Source: Trypanosoma brucei (taxonomy: Eukaryota). Taken from it: 64,000 bases of DNA. Below, one piece after another: positions 22,601-32,553 of this stretch (the first letter of the stretch is position 1; each line of letters opens with the position of its first letter). The DNA is taken from the NCBI GenBank assembly GCA_000002445.1, contig CP000071.1, positions 2,048,001 to 2,112,000 of the forward strand, given 5' to 3'. The position numbers and the translations under genes are program-made. Under the pieces are notes generated by a model. That model worked only from the letters and a program-made list of their open reading frames with translations, was not told the origin of the DNA and searched no databases.

Positions 22601-23017
22601 GCTGTGTACTTCAGTTGCCAGCACGCGTTCCATCAACGTTGTCTAAATGACACAGCGAGGTGCAACGTTTGCTCTCCAGCTAACTTTGAGTTTGGCTGTG
22701 TTGATCAGCCACAATACGATGGAGAGGATGAGAGTGACAAATTCTTCCATTGCTTAGGTGGTTTCAGTTATGAAAAGGGTTTCGATGTGGTGGTGGAGCG
22801 ATTTAGCAATGGTGTCACTGGCCTGCAGGGGCCCCGCAAGATGGACGCACCGTGTGATAGCAGCTCCATTGTCCATGGATTGCTCAATTCTTCTATCGAC
22901 CTCACCAGCAGTGTCAATAGAAGTAGAGGCCCAAGCGAAACCGTTTTGCTGAGTGATGATGACACCTACGATGAATCTGGCGAGTTGATGAAACCGGAGG
23001 CAGTAGAGCTGTGGTAG
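19646..23017 (+). CDS. VPS11: Vacuolar protein sorting HOPS/CORVET core subunit, Vps11-like (beta-propeller + alpha-solenoid + C-terminal RING-H2)
   Basis: A 1123-aa protein. C-terminal 'CNHCGSPLDLPAVYFSCQHAFHQRCLNDTARCNVCSP' is a RING-H2 finger closely resembling the Vps11 RING ('C..C...LDLP.VHFLC.H.FH..C'). The long central region resembles clathrin-heavy-chain-repeat/TPR solenoid. Track start 19619 is GTG; the ATG is 19646. Confidence 0.75.
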   Translation: MAAVWRSFKFFNAELVKNPLCRMEMTCCCCGEGLVFAGGSDGAVWAVDRSSNNEGVKCEFGAYKGPVLYMKYVQSRNVLVTIGDDDGEDVCVIRVWNLEAAAAPGRISPPPCNEHRLFSSKHPPPRERVPLCPIYDTGSTSSPTSNKRRDATDCAPTTSINTVVASFDVADDLQCMAVALVSGDVILLHDDLERKKALRLQRLRSNIAKGPIAFVGFTRATYTPDATTKKTKNQQLFTLSASRRGEEMVTHIMYSVYADCVTVWQVSSAGCEEHSCDSFGGALRGRCCMTDDGQLVVASNASDHITVFGNKETLSPRKQSQGSFVSSHFSSSQAVEVAGRKCLLLSHRGYVVVLAQSDAWSDRFVLQCYDLPNRLRCLSRSQENYCTHVEWMLADSSDILVFCREPIRHVEASNSGSVTGYESKNIRTAAHACYQVVRLVEVGLEKRLQQLFQKECYEIAQSIACRSQSTPGGRHRKNQQLLDIKKHYGDYLVSKRDYTGAMRQYVDIIGHVEPSYVIRVFVDAQQIVPLTGYLEELHNTRDNQTAQRSHTTLLLCCYIQLHDEEKLNNFIRRSDVRFDPRIAIDVCTEARYYEAALYLAEKYAKPHDYVTVQLDHLNNPKKALEFIQALCLDDAEAILRQQHGKHLVAALPRRATEVLINLCVGWSGPARRLVGNEVATSKEGGPKHHNRGDAKDFLHILSDFPVCLLHFLRAVVNSGVLDDADPKREMVIYNTLLEMYVTRELKHATRGNIIPMEEESFVAESCEERRKQAYGFFTVHSGRYDPYHALLLAEQHGFEEGVFVLLRRLNCSTELMQYHAKGLAHGVPTLVRQIAKTRLIEICLNSTNDGVEQSNDGSGNGPKSGGSARELWLSLLSMLAHTPESDAQDISQVLGHIAAQDALSPLSVLTTLNSSNPELPLHIFRDYVVRMVQREVKRSESIKARTEARLKELHELHGKLDALQTRVTTLQAFNCNHCGSPLDLPAVYFSCQHAFHQRCLNDTARCNVCSPANFEFGCVDQPQYDGEDESDKFFHCLGGFSYEKGFDVVVERFSNGVTGLQGPRKMDAPCDSSSIVHGLLNSSIDLTSSVNRSRGPSETVLLSDDDTYDESGELMKPEAVELW

Positions 23018-23615
23018 TTGGTAGCAACAACGTTTTCGCTGACATTATTGCAGCTGTGTGATCTCTTGCGTTTGTGTTTTTGATGTTGTTTTGTTTTGCT
23101 TTTCTGCCGGGGAAACAGCGAAATCCCTTGACCTCATCTAGTTTAATATTTCGGCTTTCGCACATGTAACTGGGTCCGGGGAAACAAAAACATATGCATG
23201 GGCCTACCACCGATGATTGTTACGGTTTCCCTTGCGTACAGCAACGTTGGTTGATACTAAAGGTTTTTACCTGCTATCCGTGTGCTATTCAGGTGGTACC
23301 TTCATTTTGTCTATTACCACCATTCGTCGGTGACGACCGGTGCCACGTGCTTCCCCAGTCCCCTTTCTAGTTCGTGGACCTCACCGCCCTTTCTGATTCA
23401 TTTATTGTTTGTCCTGAACAAGTTTTCTTCCAACTGAGTTTGTGGGGAAAGCGGGAGAAAGGCAGATCATCGTTCCCGGCCGTTCAGGCAAGATCCCTTT
23501 TCCTTTGAACCACGGAGGGGGAAATTAGTGCCTTTTTTTTTTTTGAGCACGGAGGATACGCACGCGTATACATAAAAAGGAAAGATAAAAACGAGGGTAG
23601 GATATTTGAAGAGAA

Positions 23616-24065
23616 ATGTCGAAGAAGCAAGGCGCGCAGGGACTTGAGACGTCGCCTGAGCTTTCCTTCATAAAACAGGGACATCTTAACTTGCTCATTC
23701 ATACAAAAGACGGGGAACAGCGACTTGTTCCAGTAGATTCTTTGGCCTTCATTGATGACCCGCAATTGGTGCGTAGCCGGACGATGGATCAGGTTAATTT
23801 CAACAGTGAGTGCATCTTCAAGGTCACTCTTGACTTCAGTGAGCCGATTCCGTGCATAGAGGAGACAGCGGTTCGGGAGATGACCGATTGGGTATTGTGT
23901 TCCTGCAAGGGAAACAATGCTTTCTACTCACCGGTAGAGAAACGGTTGATCTTGCAGAGCTGTACAGTGTGTCTGCAAAGCAACGTCCGAGCGCTAGTTG
24001 ACCCGTTTGTTGTTATGCTGCTTTATAACGAGGAAGGATGGGTAGTGGATCGTGTTCTAAAATAA
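23616..24065 (+). CDS. Small hypothetical protein (149 aa) with paired Cys motifs
   Basis: ATG ORF with non-repetitive composition ('CSCKGNNAFYSPVEKRLILQSCTVC'). No confident family assignment. Confidence 0.45.
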   Translation: MSKKQGAQGLETSPELSFIKQGHLNLLIHTKDGEQRLVPVDSLAFIDDPQLVRSRTMDQVNFNSECIFKVTLDFSEPIPCIEETAVREMTDWVLCSCKGNNAFYSPVEKRLILQSCTVCLQSNVRALVDPFVVMLLYNEEGWVVDRVLK

Positions 24066-24427
24066 TTGGATAACCACAATTTTGTATATGATTGTAAACA
24101 AATTCGCTACTTCTGCTGAAGGGGAAAGGCGCTCTTTCAATCCATCAGAGAGACACTATATGTAGTCACAGTGTTTGGAGTTGTAGGTCAGCTGCAGAGT
24201 ACCCCTTTCTGTTTTGCCCGCCGTGCATTCCCAAATTCATTCTCAACTGGCACCTCATCATCATGTGCTTTCAGGTAAAGCATGCGTGCCTTAAACCACC
24301 GTATTTGTGTTTGCTGCTGGTGGAGTATACTGCATGACATCATTCGGTTTAAACCTCACGTGTATTTATTCCCGCACCACATTTTCGGTATTCACTTCCA
24401 CCCTCCCCACACACATACGCACATATG

Positions 24428-24468
24428 CCACTTCTTTGCGGCTCTCTCTTTCGATTAACACACAGGTC
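24428..24468 (+). promoter_or_regulatory. Polypyrimidine tract + AG upstream of the TLK gene (putative trans-splice signal)
   Basis: 'cttctttgcggctctctctttcg' followed by 'acacacag' about 25 nt before the ATG at 24492. Confidence 0.3.
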
Positions 24469-24491
24469 TTCGTTACGAGGATTAAAGAAAC

Positions 24492-26444
24492 ATGAAAAAC
24501 AACGACGCTAACCATATGCGCAAGCGGTCGCGCGAGGATCCAACGAATGCAGAAGCTGCGGAGTTTTCCGAAGACCAGGGGGTGGGCGGCCAGCAAACAG
24601 AGGTAAAAGGGACAAAATCCAGCTCAACGTCGAGGGTATCCCCTGAAATACCAGATGAGAGCGCGTGTATATACGAATACGTGAGTGGGCCAACTGCTGT
24701 TAGTACCAGCGGTGGCAACAGTGGAAATAGCCCTGGAAGCACTCACCCGTCTGAACGTAAGTTAAAGCAGGCGACGCTACCTTCCTATGGATTGGTAAAC
24801 GACACTGCGGTATTCCGCAAAGAGCTTGCTGATAGAGACGCACAGATCGATGAGCTTCGCGAGAAACTGGCAGCCGTGGAGACGCGGATGTCCGAAAGGG
24901 AGACAACTCTTGTCAACACGCAGGCACAACTACAGGAGGCTGTCGATCGCAACAATCGCTACCAGGTTGTTCTTCGTGAGGAAATGTTGAGAGCGGCCCG
25001 TCAAGAGAGATGCGATGCCAGACGTGCCTTACATTTGAAGCAATTTGAGCTTGGACAGATAGCAGTGTGGCATAGTAACGGGCGCGAGGTGTGGGTCGAA
25101 GGCAACAAAATGAGGCAGCTCACCATGCAGCTTGAGGAGCTTAGTGTACGCCGTGATGAAGTGGAGGAGCTCAAAAAAACGGCTGAAAAGCGGGCGCGGC
25201 AGATACTGAGGAGCAACGACGAGGACTCGATGGCACCGGAAGCCCAAGCGGCACTGATGGAGTTGCAGGAGGCAGCTCTGCTGTACACAGCAGAGTTTGC
25301 AGCCTTGGGTAGCGCCATCCAGTCGCTAAAACAGCAGCAACAAGACTTAAATCACGAGAAAAAAGTGTTTCTTAAGGAGATCCGTCGCGTAAATGACGAA
25401 GATGCATCTGCCTTCGTGGCTGTGCCGGCTCTCGGTCACAATGGTCGATATGTAATGATGCATCTGCTCGGCAAAGGAGGCTTCTCTGAGGTGTGGAAAG
25501 CCTTTGACTTGCAGGAGGCGCGGTACGTTGCGTGCAAAATCCATCGCGTACAGAGGGAATGGTCACAACAGGTGCGACAACACTACCGGGACCGTGCAGT
25601 TCGTGAGCTAAAAATTATGCGAATGCTGGAACACCCGCACCTTACACGGCTCTTCGATGCCTTCGACCACGGCACGGCAACGTTCGTATCGGTCATGGAA
25701 TTTAGCGCGGGGACCGATCTTGACACGCATCTGAAGCGTTGTGGCACCCTCCGTGAGGTGGAGGCGCGGTTAATAATTATGCAAGTAGTCAGTGCGTTGC
25801 GCTATTTCGCAGCACAGCATCAACCGGTCATCCACTACGACCTTAAACCGGCGAATATTCTTCTCCATTCTAGTAACCAAAGCAGTTTGCTAATCAAAAT
25901 AACGGACTTTGGTCTCAGTAAGCTCATCCCGAAGCGAGACGGGGCAAGCGACAACCCAACCATAGAACTGACGTCACAGGGGGCGGGAACATATTGGTAT
26001 CTTCCGCCCGAGTGCTTCGATACCACAGCAACTCCTCGGATCAGTAACAAAGTTGACGTGTGGTCGTGCGGTGTTATATTCTATCAGATGCTATTTGGTC
26101 GCCGTCCATTCGCCGAGGGCGAGTCACAGCAACAAATATGGCAAAACAAACTCATTGTTTCTTCTGCACACACCTTAACGTTTCCCGACACCCCGCGTGT
26201 CTCGCAGGAGGCAAAAGATTTAATACAAAAGTGCCTCGAATACCACCCTGCGGACCGCTACGACGTGATGCAACTCAGTCAGGACCCGTACCTGCAGCGC
26301 AATACACGGAGGCTCTCACGCACCGAAAGGACACTCCCCGCAGCAACCCAGAATTCCTCAACAACAGTGGTGACGACTGCTGCGGCTGCCTCTGGGGTAA
26401 CGCTGACAGGCTCCGTTGAGGAGAAGTTAAGTAACATCCCCTGA
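24492..26444 (+). CDS. TLK: Tousled-like kinase (TLK): N-terminal coiled-coil plus C-terminal Ser/Thr kinase
   Basis: Kinase domain 'HLLGKGGFSEVWKAFDL...YVACKIH...HYDLKPANILL...KITDFGLSKL...LTSQGAGTYWYLPPECF...ISNKVDVWSCGVIFYQMLFGRRPF' is almost motif-for-motif the TLK signature. It is preceded by a long heptad-rich region ('LADRDAQIDELREKLAAVETRMSERE...'). Confidence 0.9.
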   Translation: MKNNDANHMRKRSREDPTNAEAAEFSEDQGVGGQQTEVKGTKSSSTSRVSPEIPDESACIYEYVSGPTAVSTSGGNSGNSPGSTHPSERKLKQATLPSYGLVNDTAVFRKELADRDAQIDELREKLAAVETRMSERETTLVNTQAQLQEAVDRNNRYQVVLREEMLRAARQERCDARRALHLKQFELGQIAVWHSNGREVWVEGNKMRQLTMQLEELSVRRDEVEELKKTAEKRARQILRSNDEDSMAPEAQAALMELQEAALLYTAEFAALGSAIQSLKQQQQDLNHEKKVFLKEIRRVNDEDASAFVAVPALGHNGRYVMMHLLGKGGFSEVWKAFDLQEARYVACKIHRVQREWSQQVRQHYRDRAVRELKIMRMLEHPHLTRLFDAFDHGTATFVSVMEFSAGTDLDTHLKRCGTLREVEARLIIMQVVSALRYFAAQHQPVIHYDLKPANILLHSSNQSSLLIKITDFGLSKLIPKRDGASDNPTIELTSQGAGTYWYLPPECFDTTATPRISNKVDVWSCGVIFYQMLFGRRPFAEGESQQQIWQNKLIVSSAHTLTFPDTPRVSQEAKDLIQKCLEYHPADRYDVMQLSQDPYLQRNTRRLSRTERTLPAATQNSSTTVVTTAAAASGVTLTGSVEEKLSNIP

Positions 26445-27370
26445 ACAGCATGGGTATTTCATCCACTTCACTTGGCGGAACTCAAAAACAGTGAGTTGTA
26501 CAGTTGGAAGCTAGGGCTTCGGAAATAGCGGTAAAAAGGGAAACCAGGAGTGCACATTGGAACAGGGCGCAAAAAGGGGGGAAAGTAAATAGGGGAGGCA
26601 ATGGAGGGTTAAACGTAAGTGAATCGGCACAATGAACACTTGTTGTATTTGCCACGCTCGCGTACACTCCTCCTCCATGCGTTTGGTACGGTATTGAATT
26701 GTCTTAATTATTGCACTTTTATAGAATGAGGTGAAGGGGTGTTCTGCACTCCAAAGTTTCCTCTTCCAGACGTGGAAAGTGGTGTCTCCGCTTCCGCCAG
26801 TGCTTTTTTTTTTTCTTGCCATCACTGATCTGTAGGTGATGCAGAGTATCCCACCCACGTGCGGCACGGACTCGACCAAACTCTGCAAATTGACAATCTT
26901 TATGCTTGTAATGTGGCACCTTCTACCCCGAGCTCCGGGTGCTGCCTGTGTCACAGATAAATGTACCTTTGCTGACAAGTGAATGAACCAAAGGGATGAC
27001 ATAACCACTGTGAACCCCTTTTCCTTCCTTTATTAAGCTGCCGCGTTGCGGTTGAATGCCTTCATTGACTGTAGGGTGCACCAGATTCATGTCGTGAAAA
27101 CATGAAGGGATGTGCGAGCAGTGTTTTCGGACTGCTGAAGCGACGACTCGTTTATACCACTGGTTCGATGTTGATGCTCCTAACAGTGCCATTCCGCGGC
27201 TCGGGGAGGAGAGATCTCAAAAAACTGCTGGAGCCACTGCTAACGACTGGGACCTAATATGGGTTTACAAGCGATGGACAACCTTTACAAGAGCCAGTGC
27301 CCAGCAGCGTGTCGCAGTGATCTGTTAATCCTCCCCTCCCTTCCCCTCCTGGCAGTAATAAGAGCTGCGA

Positions 27371-27504
27371 CTTCAGGGATTGGCGGATGCTAAAGGTGAG
27401 GGTGGATGTGGTGCCCCAATTGCTGCACTCACTTCAGGGTTATTGCTGATGGTTTTTACGGGGAGGGGAAGTTCCATCACCGACACATCCGCCAATCCCT
27501 GAAG
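27371..27504. repeat. Perfect 19-bp inverted repeat (potential long hairpin) in the TLK downstream intergenic region
   Basis: 'cttcagggattggcggatg' at 27371-27389 and its exact reverse complement 'catccgccaatccctgaag' at 27486-27504. A partial third copy 'cacttcagggttattgctg' lies at about 27428. Confidence 0.7.
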
Positions 27505-28054
27505 TGGTAGCAGATGTTGGCTCACAGGGATGCCATGCAGCGAGAGAAAATGGGGGTTGGGACGACAATACGGAATTGGGGGCAAAGCCCTGTGGTTGGT
27601 GGGTGAGAAAAAAAAATTGAAGGAGTTGTTCGGCGGTCGCGGTGCAAAGGCGAGGTGGAAATAGCTGAAAAGGTAGCGCGTGATGGGTGAAGCCCTGAAG
27701 ATGGGAAGAACAGTGGCCAGATTCTCCGCGAGTCCAGCTGAAGGGGCGCCGGTCGTTGTGACTGTGGGTCTTTCTTCATTATTCCAGCTAGTTTTCTTTT
27801 ATACGCGCTCATAAGCAATATTTTCTTCTTGCCGGTCATCTACTACTTTTTATTATAGCTGGGAACGAACGTTTGTGCTGTGGTAACGGAAAACTAGACA
27901 GTTGAGAGTTGTCGGGAAGCGCAAGTGCAGTAAGGAAAGTGGAGAGAAGAAACACAGCAAGAGACAGCAGCAAGTCCATCAGCTTTGCTTGAGCGACACA
28001 TATACAAACGGCTGTAGAGCTTTCATCACAGACTGCAAACAAAGGACCCGACGT

Positions 28055-28879
28055 ATGGAGCTTTCGTTCCCCTTTCTGCTGTCAACCGTCGTGCTTATCG
28101 TGTTCTACACGGTGGACTTCTTCTTCGCGCGGCTTCTCAACGTACTCAAGCAAGATCATCTCGAGTTGGATGAGTGCTCCCCAGAAGAGTCACCCGATTT
28201 GGATCCTGCCTTTGTTGTAGGTTCCCTGAAGCAGGTAGCGGTGGAAATGTTAGAATACCAACGGCGGCGCTTCCACATGGGCGAAACGGGGGTCCCTTCA
28301 ACGGCTGCCGACTCTGACCCGGTGCCGTCAGCCACGGTAGACTTTTGTAACCTGCCGACTGCAGCCTCATCTCATCCTTCAGAAAATGTGGTGCACGTTG
28401 TGGTGATCATATGTGGTTTGGTTGGCCCTTTCGCTACTGTTTGCCAGGCGCTGTTTCCAAACGCATTTGGCTGGTGCCGCTTCAACTTCGCTTATTTCGT
28501 ACAGTACATTGGAGCCTTCTCAGGTGTTGCCTCCGTCTCCGTATACACCGGGCGGGTGTGGCATTGCTCCTCCTACAGTGAAGTCAGTCGCAAGCAGTGG
28601 CTGGAGCTCATGTGGTTTCGTCTTGACTTCATGTGTCTGATGTCTGTGGCAGCTTTCTTTGGTGCTGGTTCGTGGGTGGTGACTATTTGTTTACTTGCTA
28701 TCGGTTTTTACTTGGCCTACCGCGTGATGCGCATTGAGAAGTGGATGCAATCGCTGCAAGTGGAAACACAGTTAGTTCGTGGGGAGGTTGACGTTGACCG
28801 TGTTTACGTACCAGGGACGGTGGAGGCCGCTAAGGCGCTCGGCACTTCTGAGAAGCAGGGGTACAATGCGGTTGTTTAA
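28055..28879 (+). CDS. Hypothetical multi-pass membrane protein
   Basis: Several hydrophobic segments ('LLSTVVLIVFYTVDFFF', 'VVHVVVIICGLVGPFATV', 'VAAFFGAGSWVVTICLLAIGFYLAY'). Track start 27902 is TTG; first ATG is 28055. Confidence 0.5.
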   Translation: MELSFPFLLSTVVLIVFYTVDFFFARLLNVLKQDHLELDECSPEESPDLDPAFVVGSLKQVAVEMLEYQRRRFHMGETGVPSTAADSDPVPSATVDFCNLPTAASSHPSENVVHVVVIICGLVGPFATVCQALFPNAFGWCRFNFAYFVQYIGAFSGVASVSVYTGRVWHCSSYSEVSRKQWLELMWFRLDFMCLMSVAAFFGAGSWVVTICLLAIGFYLAYRVMRIEKWMQSLQVETQLVRGEVDVDRVYVPGTVEAAKALGTSEKQGYNAVV

Positions 28880-29888
28880 CTTCGAGGAAGGTTGGGGATA
28901 TATATATATATATATAAAGAAAGAGGGGAAAAGGGAAAGGGCAAGCAGTGAAAGCGGTTGAAATGGGCAAGTGGCGTGATAGGCAGGTGTCTGCTTACTT
29001 GCCCGCACTGTGCCCGAAAAAAAAAAAAGAGAGAGCAAGGGGAAGGTACATGGGTTTGTCCAGGCTGTGCGTGCCGCTGCGAAAGTGGAGAGGTGCTGAA
29101 GCGGTAACTTGAGAGCCGTATTTATTCGGCATTCTTACTTCGTTTCCACACACCACTGTGTGTCGCCTGCTGACCTTTGTTTCACTATTGATCCTGTGGG
29201 CCGGGGCTGGAGACACTTTGCGTCACTCACATAAATGAGGAAAGTACGGCAAAGGGGCGTGGTTGTATCGCGAGCGGTCGTAGTGGAAAACTGAACCGGT
29301 TTTTCACTCAGTGGCGAGGAGAGTGTGATTTCTATCGTGTATGGGTTTTCATGATGTTCTTATCGTTGTCCCTTCCCAGTTTGCAGTAAGGCAGTGACAC
29401 GTTTCCATTGCTAATTTGGACATTAACACTGTGCAGCGGAGCAGAGGAGGGAACCAATTGTTGTAAGTGAAATCATCTTCTCAGCCCCTCCTTCATGAAT
29501 CAAAGTGCTTGATTTTCTTCTGCGGCCTAAACGTTCTCCTCTCCATTCGATCTCCTCACACCAAATACACTACTGCCGATCTAATAGATTGTCAAAACTC
29601 ATAGCATCAAAATCCGTCGGTGGGCCCTAACCTCCCCACGTGCGACTCGCCGCCGCGCGTGCCAGGGCTTTGCAACCTACAATAAGGGAGAATAAACGCA
29701 AGGAACGCGGGCAGCAACGGCGTCGCACCCGCAGCATAGCTGCTGTCATTTGCATCGTACACCTTAGGCAAAGTGGCGCAAGCCTGTGCCGTTACATAAA
29801 TTAATAACAATAATAAAAGAAAGGGGGAAGGGAGGGCGGTGGCATCCGTACCAACGGAAGAGTGGGGGGGTGAATAGTCGCATTTCGA

Positions 29889-31013
29889 ATGCTCCGGCGG
29901 ACGTTGTGGTATCTGCTCGAGAAGGATGAGCCAATCGTCATACGGCGAGCTGTGATGGCAAAGGCCCGGCCCCACATAGGCGGTGGAGTCACCAGCAACG
30001 CAACTAGCAGCACGGGCGGAACCGTCTCGACTAGCATGATGACAAGTGATGTCCTGTCGCGTCGTAATGGCTTCATAGGGAGTGAACCCCGCTCCATCAT
30101 AGACAGAATCAGTTCCCCTAACGGTTCTAGTGTACCATCCACTTCATCACGTCGTAGCGCTTTACTTCCCTCAGAGAGGGAGGGGGGCAAAGCGAGCGGT
30201 GATGCGTCGGATGATGCTTATAAATTTCTTTTGCATCACATTGACTCGGAGATCGCGGCGCTGAAGCGACGGGTTACAACGGTAATGGATCAGCGTAAGA
30301 ACGTGGAAGATAGTCAAAACCGTCGTATTCGCGACCTCTTCGAGTGTATTGAACGGCCGTGGCTTCTGTTAGCTTCCATTCCACCTCCACAACTACCAAA
30401 TAAGGCCCTCGATGTGTTTGCGAAAGAATTTTACACCCGTCAGAATGGAACCAGTACTAGTGGTTGGGAGGAGGACGCTATCTTTTTGTCAACTTGCAAA
30501 CGTAACTGGCGTGTGCTGACGACCCTCCAGCGGAAGCCTTACGAGATCGCGGCACGGCGTAACGAGCAAACACGAAAAGAGTTAAAGAAAAAGATGAGCA
30601 ACGGCTGTAGCTACTTTGAGAAGTTGTGCGAGCAGACGAAAGAATGGACAGCGGAGATGGTGCGGGACGAAATGCGAAAGGCGGTTGCTGCTAAAACGCG
30701 TAGTTCACCTGTAGCCAGTAAAAGTAGGGCTAGTTCGGTGGCCAAGAAGCCGGTGGCAAGACGGCAAGGAGCGAACAAAACAGAGCCCAAAGCTGCAGCA
30801 TCAAAGAAGGAGGATAAGATTGTAGAGGTCCTGAAATTTGAACCGGTTGCGAAGAAGGAGCCTAAAGGGGCCGCTGGTCGCTCCGCGCGGGGACGGCCGC
30901 TAAAGGGACAAATTAAAAAGGCCGCTAAGGGGAAGGCGCCGGTTGTAGCGAAGAAAGGAAAAACTTCCCCACGCCCTGTAGCAGCGAAACTAAAGAAAGT
31001 AAAAAAGAAATGA
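29889..31013 (+). CDS. Hypothetical protein with Lys/Ala/Pro-rich histone-H1-like basic C-terminal tail
   Basis: ATG ORF. C-terminal approximately 110 aa are 'KKPVARRQGANKTEPKAAASKKEDK...KGKAPVVAKKGKTSPRPVAAKLKKVKKK'. No catalytic motif recognised. Confidence 0.5.
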   Translation: MLRRTLWYLLEKDEPIVIRRAVMAKARPHIGGGVTSNATSSTGGTVSTSMMTSDVLSRRNGFIGSEPRSIIDRISSPNGSSVPSTSSRRSALLPSEREGGKASGDASDDAYKFLLHHIDSEIAALKRRVTTVMDQRKNVEDSQNRRIRDLFECIERPWLLLASIPPPQLPNKALDVFAKEFYTRQNGTSTSGWEEDAIFLSTCKRNWRVLTTLQRKPYEIAARRNEQTRKELKKKMSNGCSYFEKLCEQTKEWTAEMVRDEMRKAVAAKTRSSPVASKSRASSVAKKPVARRQGANKTEPKAAASKKEDKIVEVLKFEPVAKKEPKGAAGRSARGRPLKGQIKKAAKGKAPVVAKKGKTSPRPVAAKLKKVKKK

Positions 31014-31755
31014 GGCGGCTGCTTCCGAAAGGGGTAACATAAATGTACTGTTATGCAACTCATAGAATACTGATAGAGAAGGGAGACAACATTCGGCGAA
31101 ACGAAACAAAGACGTGGCATCGTGCTTCGCGCGTTTATGGACGGGGGGCGGAAAAGCATTCGTACCTGTTACATGCATCACGTACCTTCTTGTCATATTT
31201 CCATACATCTATTTTTCTTCTCATCGGGTAACCTAATTTATGCGAACAGAGGTGATTTATTCCAACTCGTTGTGTGCAATTCCACTTCTTCTTCATTCCA
31301 TCTTTCCCTTCCATCTGACTCGTGTATATATGTAGAAACCTTCCCGTAGACGGCATCCCGTCCGCTTAGTCATACAAGATCAAATAACTGTGCTCACCGT
31401 GACACAGGAATAGAAGCATTTACACTGCTTTTAAGTATATATACCCACATATTTTGGTAGAGCTCTGAGACACCAACACGAGAAAGGGCCAAAAGCTGGC
31501 TTTTGAGCGTATTTTAATATTGCATCCAAAAGGATTGCTTGTGGAAATCAGCCAGTGGCGGGGCGCCACATCTCTTTGGCGGCACGTCCAGGTGTTTGTG
31601 TTTCCGATTCACTTGCGTGTACTTGTTTAAATCAGTGCAAGTTGTTTCCGCGTGCTAGTGCGTTTTCTTTATTTCCAGATCGTATCCAATAGTTTTTTTT
31701 TTAAAAAAAATCAGAAAACCGTTATCGAGTTGGTTTACATTTCGTGGACGTTCTA

Positions 31756-32553
31756 ATGGAGTTCGTTCCCCTCGAGAGTTTTGAGTTTTTGAATTCTTTG
31801 CTTCAGGGTGTGGAGGCACAAGGATGTCTCATGACGGTGCGACTGGAGGCTTTCACATGTCGTTGTACCCGTAAGAAGAAGTTGCTCGCCGCCAGTATCG
31901 CAGAATACGCGAACAAAACAACTCCACCGCTTAGACCACTGTGCAGTGCAAATGCCCCGGTGCCGCCGCTGCTGAATTTATCAGATGACAGTGTGCATGT
32001 AGTGCCTACGGAGCCCGTCGAGCCAAGTGACATCGACGACCGGTTGGTATTTCTCGTGGCCGCGCTAAACAGCATTTATGGTGAGGACGGTTATGACTTC
32101 TCTGTTCTGACGGAGGAGGATTTTGTGCCATGTGATGAGGCCCATGTGCGGGCGGAGGTCAACAACACACTGCGCTCATTTCCCTCATCGTGCGGTCCGG
32201 CTGTAGGACAGTTTTGGGTCCGCGTAACGGAGCACGCATCTGATGCAAGTCAGGGATGTGAGTACTTCCGCTTTGCCTCGCCCAGTTGTGACCCCATGGC
32301 GTCACGGGCGCTCTTCTCACAGCACTACTTCCTTTACAACAAACGAACGCGTTTACTCGTGTCTCTGCTTATCTTTGCGGAGGGAAATTTGTATCGTGGT
32401 GATGACGGCACGATGATAGAGAATAGTTTGTATTATGAAACGGATGACAACAGCAATCACCAGAGACCGTGGCTTAGCAGCCCGGATGGAGCGTCGGAAG
32501 ATGACGAACAGGTGCTTGTGGGAAAGAATGTACATTATTATTATCGCCCGTGA
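31756..32553 (+). CDS. MAF1: Maf1, repressor of RNA polymerase III transcription
   Basis: N-terminal A-box 'MEFVPLESFEFLNSLL...RLEAFTCR' aligns to human 'MKLLENSSFEAINSQL...RIESYSCK'. B/C-box signature 'HYFLYNKRTRLLVSL' matches 'YFFYNKKLKR'. Acidic C-terminal tail. Track start 31744 is GTG; the ATG is 31756. Confidence 0.8.
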   Translation: MEFVPLESFEFLNSLLQGVEAQGCLMTVRLEAFTCRCTRKKKLLAASIAEYANKTTPPLRPLCSANAPVPPLLNLSDDSVHVVPTEPVEPSDIDDRLVFLVAALNSIYGEDGYDFSVLTEEDFVPCDEAHVRAEVNNTLRSFPSSCGPAVGQFWVRVTEHASDASQGCEYFRFASPSCDPMASRALFSQHYFLYNKRTRLLVSLLIFAEGNLYRGDDGTMIENSLYYETDDNSNHQRPWLSSPDGASEDDEQVLVGKNVHYYYRP

